A stretch of 64,000 nt of DNA from the human T2T-CHM13v2.0 reference genome, Homo sapiens, in assembly GCF_009914755.1 (NCBI RefSeq), contig NC_060928.1; one strand, 5' to 3'. The notes beneath the pieces were generated by a model that saw nothing but the letters and a program-made list of their open reading frames with translations, was not told the origin of the DNA and did not search any database. Numbering within the stretch: the first letter of the stretch is position 1; every line of letters starts with the position of its first letter. Below, piece after piece: positions 13,152 through 25,393 of the stretch. The position numbers and the translations under genes were made by a program.

Positions 13152-13207
13152 TGTATTAGTCAGGGTTCTCTAGAGGGACAGAACTAATAGCGTATATAGA
13201 ACAAATA

Positions 13208-13266
<59 letters not shown>

Positions 13267-13649
13267 TTTATTAAGTATTGACTTACATGATCACACGTCC
13301 CACAATAGGCTGCCTGCAAGCTGAGGAGCAAGAAGAGCCAGTCCAAGTCCCAAAACTGGAAAACTTGGAGTCTGATGTTCAAGGGTAGGAAGCATCCAGC
13401 ACAGGAGAAAGATGTAGTAGGCTGAGAGGCTAGGAGAGTCTACTCTTCATATTTCTCTGCCTGCTTTATATTCTAGCTGCACTGGCAGCTGATTAGATGG
13501 TGCCCACCCAGACTGAGGGTGGGTCTGCTTTTCCCAGCCCAGTGACTCAAATGTTAATCTCCTTTGGCAACACCCTCACAGACACACCCAGGATCAATAC
13601 TCAGCATCCTTCAATACAATCAAAGTAACAGTCAGTATTAACTAACACA
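13152..13649 (-). mobile_element. 3' LTR, MLT2A1-like, with internal (AT)27 at 13210-13263
   Basis: 'tgtattagtcagggttctctagagggacagaactaata' to 'cagtattaactaacaca'; purine-rich PPT (aagggtggact on the minus strand) adjacent. Confidence 0.92.
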
Positions 13650-14051
13650 AGTCCACCCTTTGTCAACTTGAACCCATATGCAACTCCTGAGATCATACAT
13701 AATCTTCAAATAAAGACAATAATATGGTCACAATTATGCCTAACATAATACAACTATCCTTCATACAACTGGAAACACTCCAATCCCCAAACCAAATACG
13801 ATCAGATAAAGTTGACTATACTTAAATGCTGATGTGAAGTCAATAAATCTTATGTCACATGATAAAGAAAAAAGGAAATAAAATGAAGATATTTTCTTAG
13901 TACAAGTATCTACATACACAAACATGTTTTTCACAAAAGAAGGAGGAAATACTCATGACAATTACAGTCCCCATTTCTGCAGCTAGTCACGTGGTCATAG
14001 CTAGTATCAATGACTACCTTCTTCTACTACCCATTCTGTATTCCCTTTGCC

Positions 14052-14480
14052 TTAATTAAGCACCTTAGCAGGTGGTGGTTTCTTTCCTGATAGAGTGACC
14101 CAAACCTTCATTCCTGAAGGGTCTGGACCATTTGTAGTCCTGCCTGGATTGGGCTGTTGTAGTTTCCCATTGACCTTAATCGCAGAGTATGATAATACTA
14201 AGAGATGCCCTAATGAATTTCCTGTATTCCATGCATACTCTTCCTTACCTCCATTGTGGAGTAGTAGAGTGATTTCATCTTGATAGTCCGGGTCAATCAC
14301 CCCAGCCAACACTGTAACTCCCTTCTTAGCCTGTTGACTTAAAGGTAGGTGGAGCCCAAAGTGTCCAGGTGGAAATTTTAACTTCCAGTGTAATGAAATA
14401 GTTGTTGTGTCTCCTGGTGGCAGCGCTGCTCCCTCTGGAACTAAGACCTGTAGGCCAGCAGAACATAATGTCACAGGAAA
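14052..14480 (-). pseudogene. dut: HERV-L dUTPase remnant
   Basis: 'LPPGDTTTISLHWKLKFPPGHFGL...GVTVLAGVIDPDYQDEI' dUTPase motifs located after integrase, as in ERV-L. Confidence 0.88.
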
Positions 14481-17050
14481 AGGAAGCCAACATTTAGCTA
14501 GTGGATCACTAGGGGTGATGGTGAGTGGTGTCACTTCCACTTCCACTCCTTTATTCCTGGACCTGTGATTCCTGGCTATAGAATAAATGGTACCATATAT
14601 TGGATGTTGATTCAGAGCATACACAGCCTTCTGGAGAACTTTGCCTCAGCCCTGCAAAGTATTGCCACCTAGTTGGCATTGTAATTGTGACTTCAAAAGG
14701 CCATTCCACTGTTCTATCAATCCAGCTGCTTCAGGATAATGGGAGACATGGTAAGACCAGAGAATTCCATGAGCATGAGTCCACTGCTACACTGCTTTAG
14801 CCGTAAAGTGAGTGCCTTGGTCAGAGGCAATGCTGTGTGGAATACCAAGACAGTAGATAAAATATTCTGTGAGACCACTGATGGTAGTCTTGGCAGAAGC
14901 ATTGCATGGAGGATAGGCAAACCCATATCCAGAGTAAGTGTCTATTCCAGTGAGGACAAACCTCTGCCTTTTCCATGATGAAAGAGGTACAATGTCATCA
15001 ACCTGCCACCAGATAACTGGCTGATCATCCCAAGGAATGGTGCCATATCAAGGGCTCAGTGTTGGTCTCTGCTGCTGCCAAATTGGGAACTCATCAGTGG
15101 CCATAGCCAGGTCAGCCTTGCTGAGTGGAAGTCAATGTTGCTGAGCCCATGCATAACCTCCATCCCTGCCACCATGGCGACTTTGTTCATGGACCCATGA
15201 GGCAATGACAGCGGTGGCTGGGGAAAGAGGCTGAGTGTTGTCCACAGAACAGGTCCTCCTATCCACTTGATTGATTATTAAAATCCTTCTCTGTTCAGGT
15301 CACTTGTTGGTGAGCATTCACATAGGATACAAATATTTACACAGTCTTTGACCACTCAAAGAAATCCATCCACATACTTCTTCCTCAAATTTCTTTGTCA
15401 CCAATTTTCCAATCATGGTTCTTCCAAGTCCCAGACCACTCAGTCAAACCATTGGCTACAGCCCATGAATCAGTATATAATAGCATATCTGGCCATTTCT
15501 CTTTTCATGCAAAGCTCACGACCAGGTGCACTCCTCAAAGTTCTTTCCACTGTGAGGATTTCCCTTCACTGCTGCCCTTCAGAGATATCCTAGCCCACTT
15601 TTGGGTGGCGCCTGCATATCATGCAGAACCATCTGTGAAGCAGGCCCTAGTCTTGTCTTCCTCTGTCAAATGATCATAAGAAATTCCCCATGAGGCCATT
15701 GGTGTAGGCTAGGGGAGAGAAGGAAGGGTGGCAGGAGTGAAGACCATGGGCATTTGAACCACTTCCTCATGTAACTTACTTGTTCCTTCAGGACCTGCTC
15801 AAGCCCAATCACATATATACCACTTCCAGTTGATGATGTAATGCTGCTGTGCATGACCCACTTTATGGCTAGATTGGTCAGAAAGCACCCAGTTCATGAT
15901 AGGTAGTTCAGGTCGCATGGTGACTTGATGATCCATAGTCGAACGTTCAGTTTCCACCAAAGCCCAGTCACAGGCAAACAGCTGTCTCCCAAAAGGAGAG
16001 TAGTTATCTGCAGAAGATGGCAGGGCCTTGCTCCAAAATCCCAGAGGCCTCCACTGTGATTTACCTATGGAGGCCTGCCAAAGGCTCCAAACAGCCTTCC
16101 TATCTGCCACTGACACCTCGAGCACCCATTGGATCTGCTGGGTCGTATTGCCCAAGTGGCAGAACGGTTTGCATGGCAGCCTTGACCTATTGCAGAGCCT
16201 TCTATTTTGGACCCCTTTCAAAACTAGCAGCCTTTTGGGTCACTTAATAAATGGGGCCATATTAACACACCCAAATGAGGAATATGTTGCTTCCAAAATC
16301 CAAATAGGCCCCCTAAGCATTGTGCCTCTTTCTTGGTTGTAGGAGGGGCCAAATGCAGCAACTTATCCTTCATTTTAGAAGGAATATCTCAACAGGCCCC
16401 ACACCGCTGAACCCCTAGAAATTTTACTGAAGTAGAAGGTCCCTGAATTTTACTTGGATTTATTTCCCATCCTCTGGCACACAAATGTCTCACCAATAAG
16501 TCCAGTGTGTTTTCTGCTTTTTGCTCACTGGATTCAGTCAGTATAATGTCATCAATGTAATGGATTAGTGTGATATTTTGCAGAAGTGAAAAGCAAGGTC
16601 TCTCTGAATAAGATTATGACACAAAGCCGGAGAGTTGATATACCCCTGTTGTAGGACAGTAAAGGTATATTGCTGGCCTTGCCAGCTGAAGGCAAATGGC
16701 TTCTGGTGGGCCTTATGGACAAGAATGGAGAAAAAGGCATTTGCTAAGTCAATGGCTGCATACCAGGTACCAGGAGATGTGTTAATTTGCTCAAACAATA
16801 AAACCACATCTGGTACAGCAGCTGCAATTGGAATCACCACTTGGTTAAGCTTACAATAATCCACTGTCATTCTCCAAAATCCATCTCTCTCCTGCCCAGG
16901 CCAAATGGGAGAGTTTGATGGTGATGTGGTGTGAATCACCACCCCTGCATCTTTCAAGTCCTTGATGGTGGCACTAATCTCCGCAGTCCCTCCAGGGATG
17001 CAATATTGTTTTTGATTTACTATTTTTCTAGGTAGAGGCAGCTCTAATGG
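14480..17050 (-). pseudogene. pol: HERV-L pol (RT, RNase H, integrase), frameshifted with stops
   Basis: ORF 16565-16957 '[12 protein letters not shown]...[11 protein letters not shown]...[27 protein letters not shown]'; ORF 15799-16221 'LEVSVADRKAVWSLWQ...RPLGFWSKALP'. Confidence 0.92.
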
Positions 17051-17059
17051 CTTTCATTT

Positions 17060-17440
17060 GGCCTTTCCCACTATAACAGCCCTCACCCTACCAGTCAGGA
17101 AGCCAATGTGTGGGTTTTGCCAGCTAAGTATGTCTATGCCAATTTTGCATTCTGGCACTGGGGAAATTACCACAGGATGAGTCTGGGGACCAACTGGACC
17201 CACTGTAAGTCAGACATGAGTTAAAACACCATTAATTACCTGACCTTCACAAGCCCCTACTTTAACTGGAGTACCACAGTGATGTTTTGGGTCTCCTGGA
17301 ATCAACGTTAGCTCAGAGCCAGTGTCCAGTCCCCAAAATGTCTGATCATTTCCCTTCCCCCAATGCACAGTTACCCTGGTGAATGGCCAGAGGCTTCCTT
17401 GGGGAAGAATGGAAGAAAGATTCACTGCATAAATTGTCAA
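17060..17440 (-). pseudogene. pro: HERV-L protease remnant
   Basis: 'VTVHWGKGNDQTFWGLDTGSELTLIPGDPK' aspartyl protease DTG motif. Confidence 0.85.
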
Positions 17441-17479
17441 TACTGTAGTGTGGTCCTTCCTCTAGGGGACCCAGACTCC

Positions 17480-18513
17480 CCTTCATTCAAGGGGTTTTGT
17501 GACTGTAAACTGGCTTAAGTCTGGAAATTTATTGAAAGGCCATGATTCTCTTTTTATAATTCAAATTAGTCTTTTGTCCATTCGACCTGGAAGTTTTCTG
17601 CTTATATAAATTAAGTAGGAATGCAGTAGGCTTCCCATCAATTTAACTTCAGGAGAATTGTGATTAGCCAATGCCAGAGCGCTACACGAGTCAGACTATT
17701 CTGATAGCTGCTTTGTTTCTGCTGTCCATTATGGTAGCTATGCCCACTTTGCCTTTGATGGTAAAGTGATCCCACTTGGGCCCTGCCACCTCAGGATACA
17801 ATTATTTCCACTGTATTTAAATTTTGTAATTGAGTGACTGTGGTTCCCATTGTTAGATCTGACATATAGAGAAGAGCAATTACAGGGCTCTTCAAAGATG
17901 CAGGTGCTGTCCTTATGAATCTATTTCACAAGGCATTGGTCACTGGTATATCTTCTGGATCATTCCAGCTGGGATGAGTAGGACTAAAGTGACTAATCCA
18001 CTCCACCATCCCAATCTTTTGTTTCTTTTTTTTGAGACAGAGTCTCACTCTGTCGCCCAGGCTGGAGTGCAGTGGCATGATCTCGGCTCGCTGCAACCTC
18101 TACTTCCTGTGTTCAAGCAGTTCTCCTGTCTCAGCCTCCGCCTCCTGGGTTCAAGTAATTCTCCTGCCTCAGCCTCCCTGGTAGCTGGGATTAGAGGCAT
18201 GCGTCGCGATGCCTGGCTGATTTTTGTATTTTAGTAGAGATGGAGTTTCACCATGTTTGCCAGGCTGGTATCAAACTCCTGACCTCAAGCAATCCACCTG
18301 TCATGGCCTCCCAAAGTGCTGGGAGTACAGGCATGAACCACCGTGGCAGGCCCATCCTAAGCCTTTTGACCCCTTACTCTACATTAGACCAAGGGAGATT
18401 AGGCATTTCCAGCTTGCTCACAGTGGGCCATCTTTTGCAGCTAACCAAGCAAATAAACTGTTAGAACTTTCATAATCCCCCGAGCTGTAACATTAAATGC
18501 AGAGTCCCTGCAT
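17480..18513 (-). pseudogene. gag: HERV-L gag remnant, 5' part deleted, interrupted by an Alu
   Basis: Position upstream of pro and ERV-L gag-like text; stops abruptly at the AT-rich block. Confidence 0.7.
18017..18352 (-). mobile_element. AluS with internal 38-bp tandem duplication
   Basis: T tail and both Alu arms; duplicated segment at 18097-18134 and 18135-18172. Confidence 0.95.
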
Positions 18514-18525
18514 TTAGTCTGCATT

Positions 18526-20552
18526 TAATATATATATTATTAAATATATATTATAAATATACTTATTATATTATATATAATATATATTTAACATATAATA
18601 TAATATAATATATATTATATATTATTTATATATATTATATATAATATATAATATATATTATATCACATATATTATATATTATACTATATATTATTTATAT
18701 ATTATATATAATATATAATATATAATATTATTTCTATAATATAATATAATACATAATATATTCTATCATATATAATATTATATATGATATAATATATAAT
18801 ATTATATATGATATAATATATAATATAATATTATATAATATATGATATTATATAATTAATTATATATCATATATGATATTATGAATTAATATAATAATAT
18901 ATTATTATTAATTAATAATAATATATCATTATATAAATATATAATGATATATTATTATATACTTAATACTAATATATTAGTATTAAATTTAATATAATAA
19001 TATATTATTATATATTTAATATAATAATATTATATATTTAATGTAATAATCTATTATATATTTAATGTATAATATACTAGATTATATATTATATAATTAA
19101 TATATATTATTATATATACAATTAATATATAATATAATTAATATATATTAATTATAAAATATAATGTATTATATAATTAAGATATATATCATATATTATA
19201 TAATTAATATATAATATAACATATTATATAATTAATTTATATATAATTAATTATATATATTTATATATATTAAAATATAAATATATATAATTAATTACAT
19301 ATGAATATATAAATATAATTAATTATATAACATATAATATATAATATTATATATATTAATTATATAGTCTTATTTATATAATTATATTAATCATATTATA
19401 TATAAATTATATAATATAATTAATATAATTATATATATTATTTATAATTAATTTAATTAATATAAATTAATTATATATAATTAATGTAATAATATATAAT
19501 ATATATTAATTAAATATATGATGATATGTAGTATATATTAATTAAATATATAATAATATATAATATATATTATCATATATAAATAATATATAATAATATA
19601 TATTAATTAAATATATAATCATATATAATATATATTATCATATATAAATAATATATAATAATATATATTAATTAAATATATAATCATATATAATATATAT
19701 TATTATATATATTAATTAATAGATATAATATATAATATATATTATTATATATAATAATATATAATATATGTATTTATATATAATAATATATAATGTATGT
19801 ATTTAGATATATAATAATATATAATATATGTATTATTATTTATTAATAATATATAATATATGTATTATTATTTATTAATAATATATAATATATGTATTAT
19901 TATTTATTAATAATATATAATATATATTTATATATAATATATATTAATATATATTATTTATATATAATAATATACTATATATTAATTATATGTAATATAT
20001 AAATTATATAATTAATTATATATAATTAATGATATAATATATATTATATATTATATAATTAATTGTATTTATATATTTATATATAATTAATTATATATTA
20101 TTATTTGTATTATATATTTATTTATACATATTTATATATATTTATATTTTATATATATTAAAATATATATAATTAATTATACATATTAAAATATATATAA
20201 TTATACATATTAAAATATGTATAATTAATTATATATATTAAAATACATATAATTAATTATATATTAAAATATATAATTAATTATATATTAATTAATTGTA
20301 TAATATATCATATATACGATAATGTATTATATACTACTATATATAATATATATAATTATATATAATATATAAATAAATTATATATTATATATTTAACATA
20401 TATATTAAATATATATTATATATTTAATATATATTATATATTTGTATTATAATATTTACAATAATAATATTATAAATTATAGTATAAATTTATAACATTA
20501 AATATATTTTTAATATATAATATATTCAATATATAATATTAAATATATATAT
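18526..20552. repeat. ~2.0 kb degenerate (TA)n / AT-rich low-complexity block
   Basis: Almost exclusively A/T, with local 32-bp and 65-bp periodicities. Confidence 0.97.
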
Positions 20553-20937
20553 GAAGGGGAATTTATTAACTCACATGATCACAAGGTCCCACAATAGGAC
20601 ATCTGCAAAGTGAGGAGCAAGAAGAGCCAGTCTGAGTCCCAAAACTGAAGAACTTGGATTCCGATGTTTGAGGGCAGGAAGCATCCAGCAGGGGAGAAAG
20701 ATATAGGCTGGGAGGCTAGACCAGTCTAGTCTTTTCACATTTTTCTGCCTGCTTTATATTCTAGCCACATTGGCAGCTGATTAGATGGTAACTACCCATA
20801 TTAAGTGTGAGTCTGCCTTTCCCAGCCCACTGACTCAAATATTAATTTCCTTTGGCACCACTCTCACAGACACACCCAGGATCAAAGTTTTGCAACCTTC
20901 AATCCAATCAAGTTGACACTCAGTATTAACCATCACA
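20553..20937 (-). mobile_element. 5' LTR, MLT2A1-like, lacking its distal ~60 bp
   Basis: Colinear with 13264-13649; ends 'cagtattaaccatcaca' followed by the TSD. Confidence 0.92.
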
Positions 20938-22375
20938 TCCTCCCTCTCCTTTGGTTTTTGTAACTGCACTGGAGAGTCTAAGCCTGGTGCTTAAAATCTC
21001 CAGAAGAGTATATAGCCAAGAAAGCTGCATGGCCACTCCATGGAGAAAGAAGCATTTGCCTTTTCATGTCATTGCAAAACTGACTGTCATTGCCTTCTCA
21101 GATCTAAGGCAACAAGGACAGTTTCTATGCCCTGATATTTCTAAGGATTGAGGTTTTTGGATACTCCTGCAGAGCAAAGCAAAACAGCTATACATTCCTA
21201 GCTGTTTCCGTTTTTAACTTAAGCTAAGATTGTCCTAGAAAATAATAGCTAAGAGTCATGAGTTTTAGGTTTTAAGTGTTAAAGATTTTAAACCTTCTTT
21301 CCATATTTTCTAGTTTCTGTTTTTCAATAACAGCACCTTTTTATAAATCCCTATATCAATTTATTGGAATAAATATAGATTCAGGCCCTTATCAGAAAAT
21401 AATCTGACAGAAAGAGCAAACGTATGTATTTTACATTCACACGTATACACAGGCATACACACAGAAACACAAGCTAAATTTTTCTACTCTGTACTGAGGT
21501 AGCGGCAAATTTTCATTATTGTTTGAAAATTTCACTTATTTTCTTCTTGTTCTTACTTTCTTTGTTACCCGTTCCACCAATATCTGGTTTTCTATGCCTC
21601 TATTTCTCATGACTGCTTCCTATTTTGGAAGTCCTTTTTGTCATGGATTGTCAATTCTTTTCCTAATATTATAGAATGTATAAGACATACGAATGTCTCT
21701 TTTACTAATATTAGTCACTTTTACAGCATAACTTTAAAGTGCAATTATACAGCAAATAACACAGATTCTGGCACAAAAAGTATTCAAGAATTAGTACATA
21801 CACAAATGCTGAATGGTGGCTAAAAATCTCATCAGCTTCTGTGTATTGTAGACAGGGACAAATTTTGAAGGATACAGACTAGCTTAGCCTGCTCTATAAG
21901 TTACTATTATACAAAAGAATAGAATTTTCTTCATTCATTTAAGTTAAAATATAAAAATTGGCTAATAAGCAAATTAAACTTATATTCGTAGAAATTTAAA
22001 ATTATTACCTTAAGATTTTCTAGGAGTAATTAAAGCTCAAGCAAACTATAATGTTAAATTTTGAGACTCATTATCATATAAAATTCCATCTAAGAAGAAC
22101 TTGTTCTAGAACCTCTCCTAAGGATGTTATAGTCCATAGTAATGTGAAGATAAAATCAAATTGGCTTACCTACTATATACATTAGTAATGTGGTTCTGCA
22201 AAAACACAATTGTGACAAATATTCTAAAATGAGTGCAATTTAAAAAATGGTACTTTCTATTTCAAATATTAGATAACAGGTATGAAGCATACTTGCATTT
22301 GGGTGCTTAAAATGGCATTTTAAAACTTGATCTATTATCTGAAATACTTCTTATCTATTTTTCTCAATTTTCATG

Positions 22376-22832
22376 TTTTAAAATTTATTTTAATAGACAA
22401 ATAATAATTGATATATTTATGGAGTGCCATGTGATGCTTTGATCTATACATGTAGTAGTAGAAAGAGTCAATAAGCTACTTAACCTAACATCACCTCACC
22501 AACTTATTTTCTTGTGGTGAGAGTGTTAAAAGTTTCTTCTTTTGGCAATTTTGTAATCTATAATACATCTTTATTAACTGTGGTCGCCTGCAGTGCAGTA
22601 GATCACTAAAACTTATTCTTCCAGTCTGAGACTCTATATCCTTTGATCAACATCTTCCCTTTCCCTATCCCACCCTCTCCCTGCCAGCCTCTGGAAACCA
22701 TCTTTCTGCTCTCTGTTTCTACGTGATCAACTGTTTTAGATTTCACATATAAGTGCGATCACGTAGTATCTCGCTGTTTGAGACAACATAGATGGAACTG
22801 GGGGAGGTTATGCCAAGTTAAAGAAGCCAGGC
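22376..22832 (-). mobile_element. 5'-truncated L1MA (L1MA5-like) with a short 5' inversion
   Basis: Antisense L1 3' UTR to about 22776, then sense-strand 'gacaacatagatggaactggggaggttatgccaagttaaagaagccaggc'; degenerate TSD ctcaattttcat / ctccactttcat. Confidence 0.75.
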
Positions 22833-24224
22833 TCCACTTTCATTTCTACTATCAGCTTTTCTCCTGCACTGTTGTCATCTTGAGTTCTCTGTTTAATCAG
22901 GATGCTGTTCGGAATTTTGTGCAGAGACGCTTTCCATTATGCCATGCTTTTTCTTGTTGCTAAATTTATCCTCTTTTCCCTTATTATACGTGGAGCTTCC
23001 AAATCTGTCAACTTGGCTTTTTTTTCTTACAAGGTACTTTTATGTCCACTTCCCCAAGAGTCTATTTCTTCTGAAAGATTAAACTATTTTTTTCAATAGT
23101 CACAATTTCCAGTAGAACTTGATGATTTTGGTCACTAGCTTGTGCCTAATCATAGGACAGCATCCTAGTCCCTCAGAACAGGGACTTTCATTCAAACTCT
23201 AGGAGGAAAATAAATCTATTTTCTAGAAGTCTCTGCAACTGAACTCTAAATACCCAGTGTGTGCAGGAGTTATTAACCTGGCAGTTTCCCTCAATTTAGA
23301 GTTTCAATTGCCCACTGCTGACTGTGTCGTGACCTCATCATCTCCCTCAATGTTTCTATCTAGTCCTTTTCTTCAAACAACAGTTTCTTATTTGCTGCTC
23401 TCCCTAGCCACAATGGGAGTGGTTATATATGGATATATGGAAAATTTCATTCTTCAAAGTTTCCATACCTATTTGTCTTCTTGCTTATCTCAGAAGATAA
23501 ATGTGTCTCTTACTTGTTGGTTTTCTCTGCCACCTATAGACTTCCCGAAACCCCATAGCTATCCTTGGGAGTCAACCTGGCACTGGGGCATAGCTAAGTG
23601 GCACAGTTGTCATAATGCTAAGTACTCTCTCATAACTTTCTGCAAATAAGAAGCAATACTTTTATTTTGTATATCAAGCTGATGTAAAAGGCAGTACAAT
23701 TTTTTATTCATCCTGAAAAACTAAAATGAAAGTTACACCCTAGAAAAAGATCGACTATCATAACTGCTTTAACCTTTATTCTGTAGCTCATCCTTTCTTA
23801 AACTGATTGTATCCCATTACCTAATCTACCTAGCACTGCCCTTACTCTTAACAAATCCTTTCTTCTGCTCTCTGTTCCCATTTCTCAGCAACCTTCTATC
23901 ATACATATAAAGAAACATAAACACACACACACACAACTTTTCCAATTTGTCTAAAACATATGTACTTTTCAACTCAGTCCTTATAGCACTTTTATATTGA
24001 AGCATGGCTTACATTCCAAATCTCCAGAAAAGTCACCATCTCTTCTTTCATGGCATTTCCAAATACACCACCTTTGGTGTGACAAGCCAATCCTCCCACT
24101 TGCTTAGCACAGTATTATTAAGTATATATTAAAGGTTTAAGATATTTAAACAAATAGCCTAAACTTATCGAAGCAGGTTTTGTTTGTTTGCATGCTTTTC
24201 AGACACCAACTGGCAGGAAAATTT

Positions 24225-24714
24225 GGTGTAGATCTTGTGGCTATTTGCCATGACTGGTGGCCAACTTTGGAATGAATTTCTAATATCTATGGAATTTCCT
24301 GTAATATGAGCATTAGCTCCTTAAGTTAGAAGCCGGAAACTCACTTTCCAAGTTCTTCCTACTCATGTGAAACAGACTTCACTAATAAGTCACACCACCT
24401 CAGTCTGCTCAAGAAGAAAGCAAAGGCAGAATGCAGAAACAGCATGGCTTTTAGCTTCTCACACAGTGTCTGGCTTTCTGAGGAAGTGGAAGCAGAATTT
24501 CTCATATCCAGTGTCCTGCCTCAGTGGTGCAAGCTGCAACAATGTCTGTGCCAAGTGACAGAGGAATTAGGTTCTTACCAGGGCAGCCATTAGGTACAAA
24601 TTGGACTTTGTTGGCTATTTCCCATATAAGCCTGAATTATTCCATCTGAAGATTCTTTTATACTTAAATCGGCTAGGGATTATGTTATTTGTATCCTGAA
24701 ACTCTGACTGACAC
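24225..24714 (+). mobile_element. Ancient ERVL-type LTR (LTR50-like)
   Basis: 'aaactcactttcc' and terminal 'cttaaatcggctag...gaaactctgactgaca' resemble old ERVL LTR ends. Confidence 0.4.
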
Positions 24715-24906
24715 CTAGCCTCAGAGCCATATAACTCAAAATAACAAACTCACAATAATTAGTCCATACTGATATGCTAGATGGCACTAATTTCTTCTTT
24801 TTCTTACTAAATTTCTTAAACTGTTATTTTTTAACATCATATAATTCCTCTTGACCTTTCTTCAACTAAATTGATTTTAAAAGTCACTCAAATCTACCTC
24901 AAAGTA

Positions 24907-24931
24907 TGTGTGTGTGTGTGTGTGTGTGTGT
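24907..24931. repeat. (TG)n microsatellite
   Basis: Direct observation. Confidence 0.9.
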
Positions 24932-25393
24932 TGTGGGAAGAAATGGTGATGTAAAAGATATAGAATCTTACAACTTTTTATCTTGCAGCTGGAACTGAAA
25001 ACACAGAGGTATTAAGAACAACTGGAAGTTTTGGAAGATAGTTTCAAATTAATCACAATGAAAATAGGTCTGTAAATAAAATCATGTTTTTTTCTAAAGA
25101 AAAGCTGATATAAATATACTGCTTCTCATTTTTATTCATATAAAATGCATAAGTATTTTAGGCTACTCTATTCCAAGAAATTAATTTTCAAAAGTGTATT
25201 TGGCTCTGAGTGTATAGATAAAAGACAGTACTCAAATGATTTTTTTTCTTAAGCATTTATTTCAGGTTTATTTTCGGACACCAGTATGTGGAAAATGGTA
25301 ATAATAATAAATTTGAGACCCGGCTCAATAATGATTTTTCTCTGCAATGGTGGCAACTTTAATCTTCCCGAATTCCTACTCTCTTCCACTGGA

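Larger units (their letters stand above)
13152..20937 (-). mobile_element. HERV-L provirus with MLT2A LTRs, partly deleted
   Basis: Two homologous MLT2A LTRs, perfect 5-bp TSD TCCTC (13147-13151 and 20938-20942), gag-pro-pol-dUTPase order on the minus strand, no env. Confidence 0.95.

Noticed and set aside
14052-14624. 190-aa open frame as a domesticated dUTPase gene
   Set aside because: It is the normal HERV-L IN-end/dUTPase region, starts at a non-ATG codon, and the surrounding pol is broken; nothing indicates selection.
17974-18475. Alu-derived ORFs here and at 30857-31184, 31667-31921, 59000-59302 and 61221-61548
   Set aside because: Standard spurious Alu translations, not genes.
23257-23649. 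130-aa ORF in non-repeat DNA
   Set aside because: Non-ATG start, no recognisable domain, composition typical of chance ORFs.
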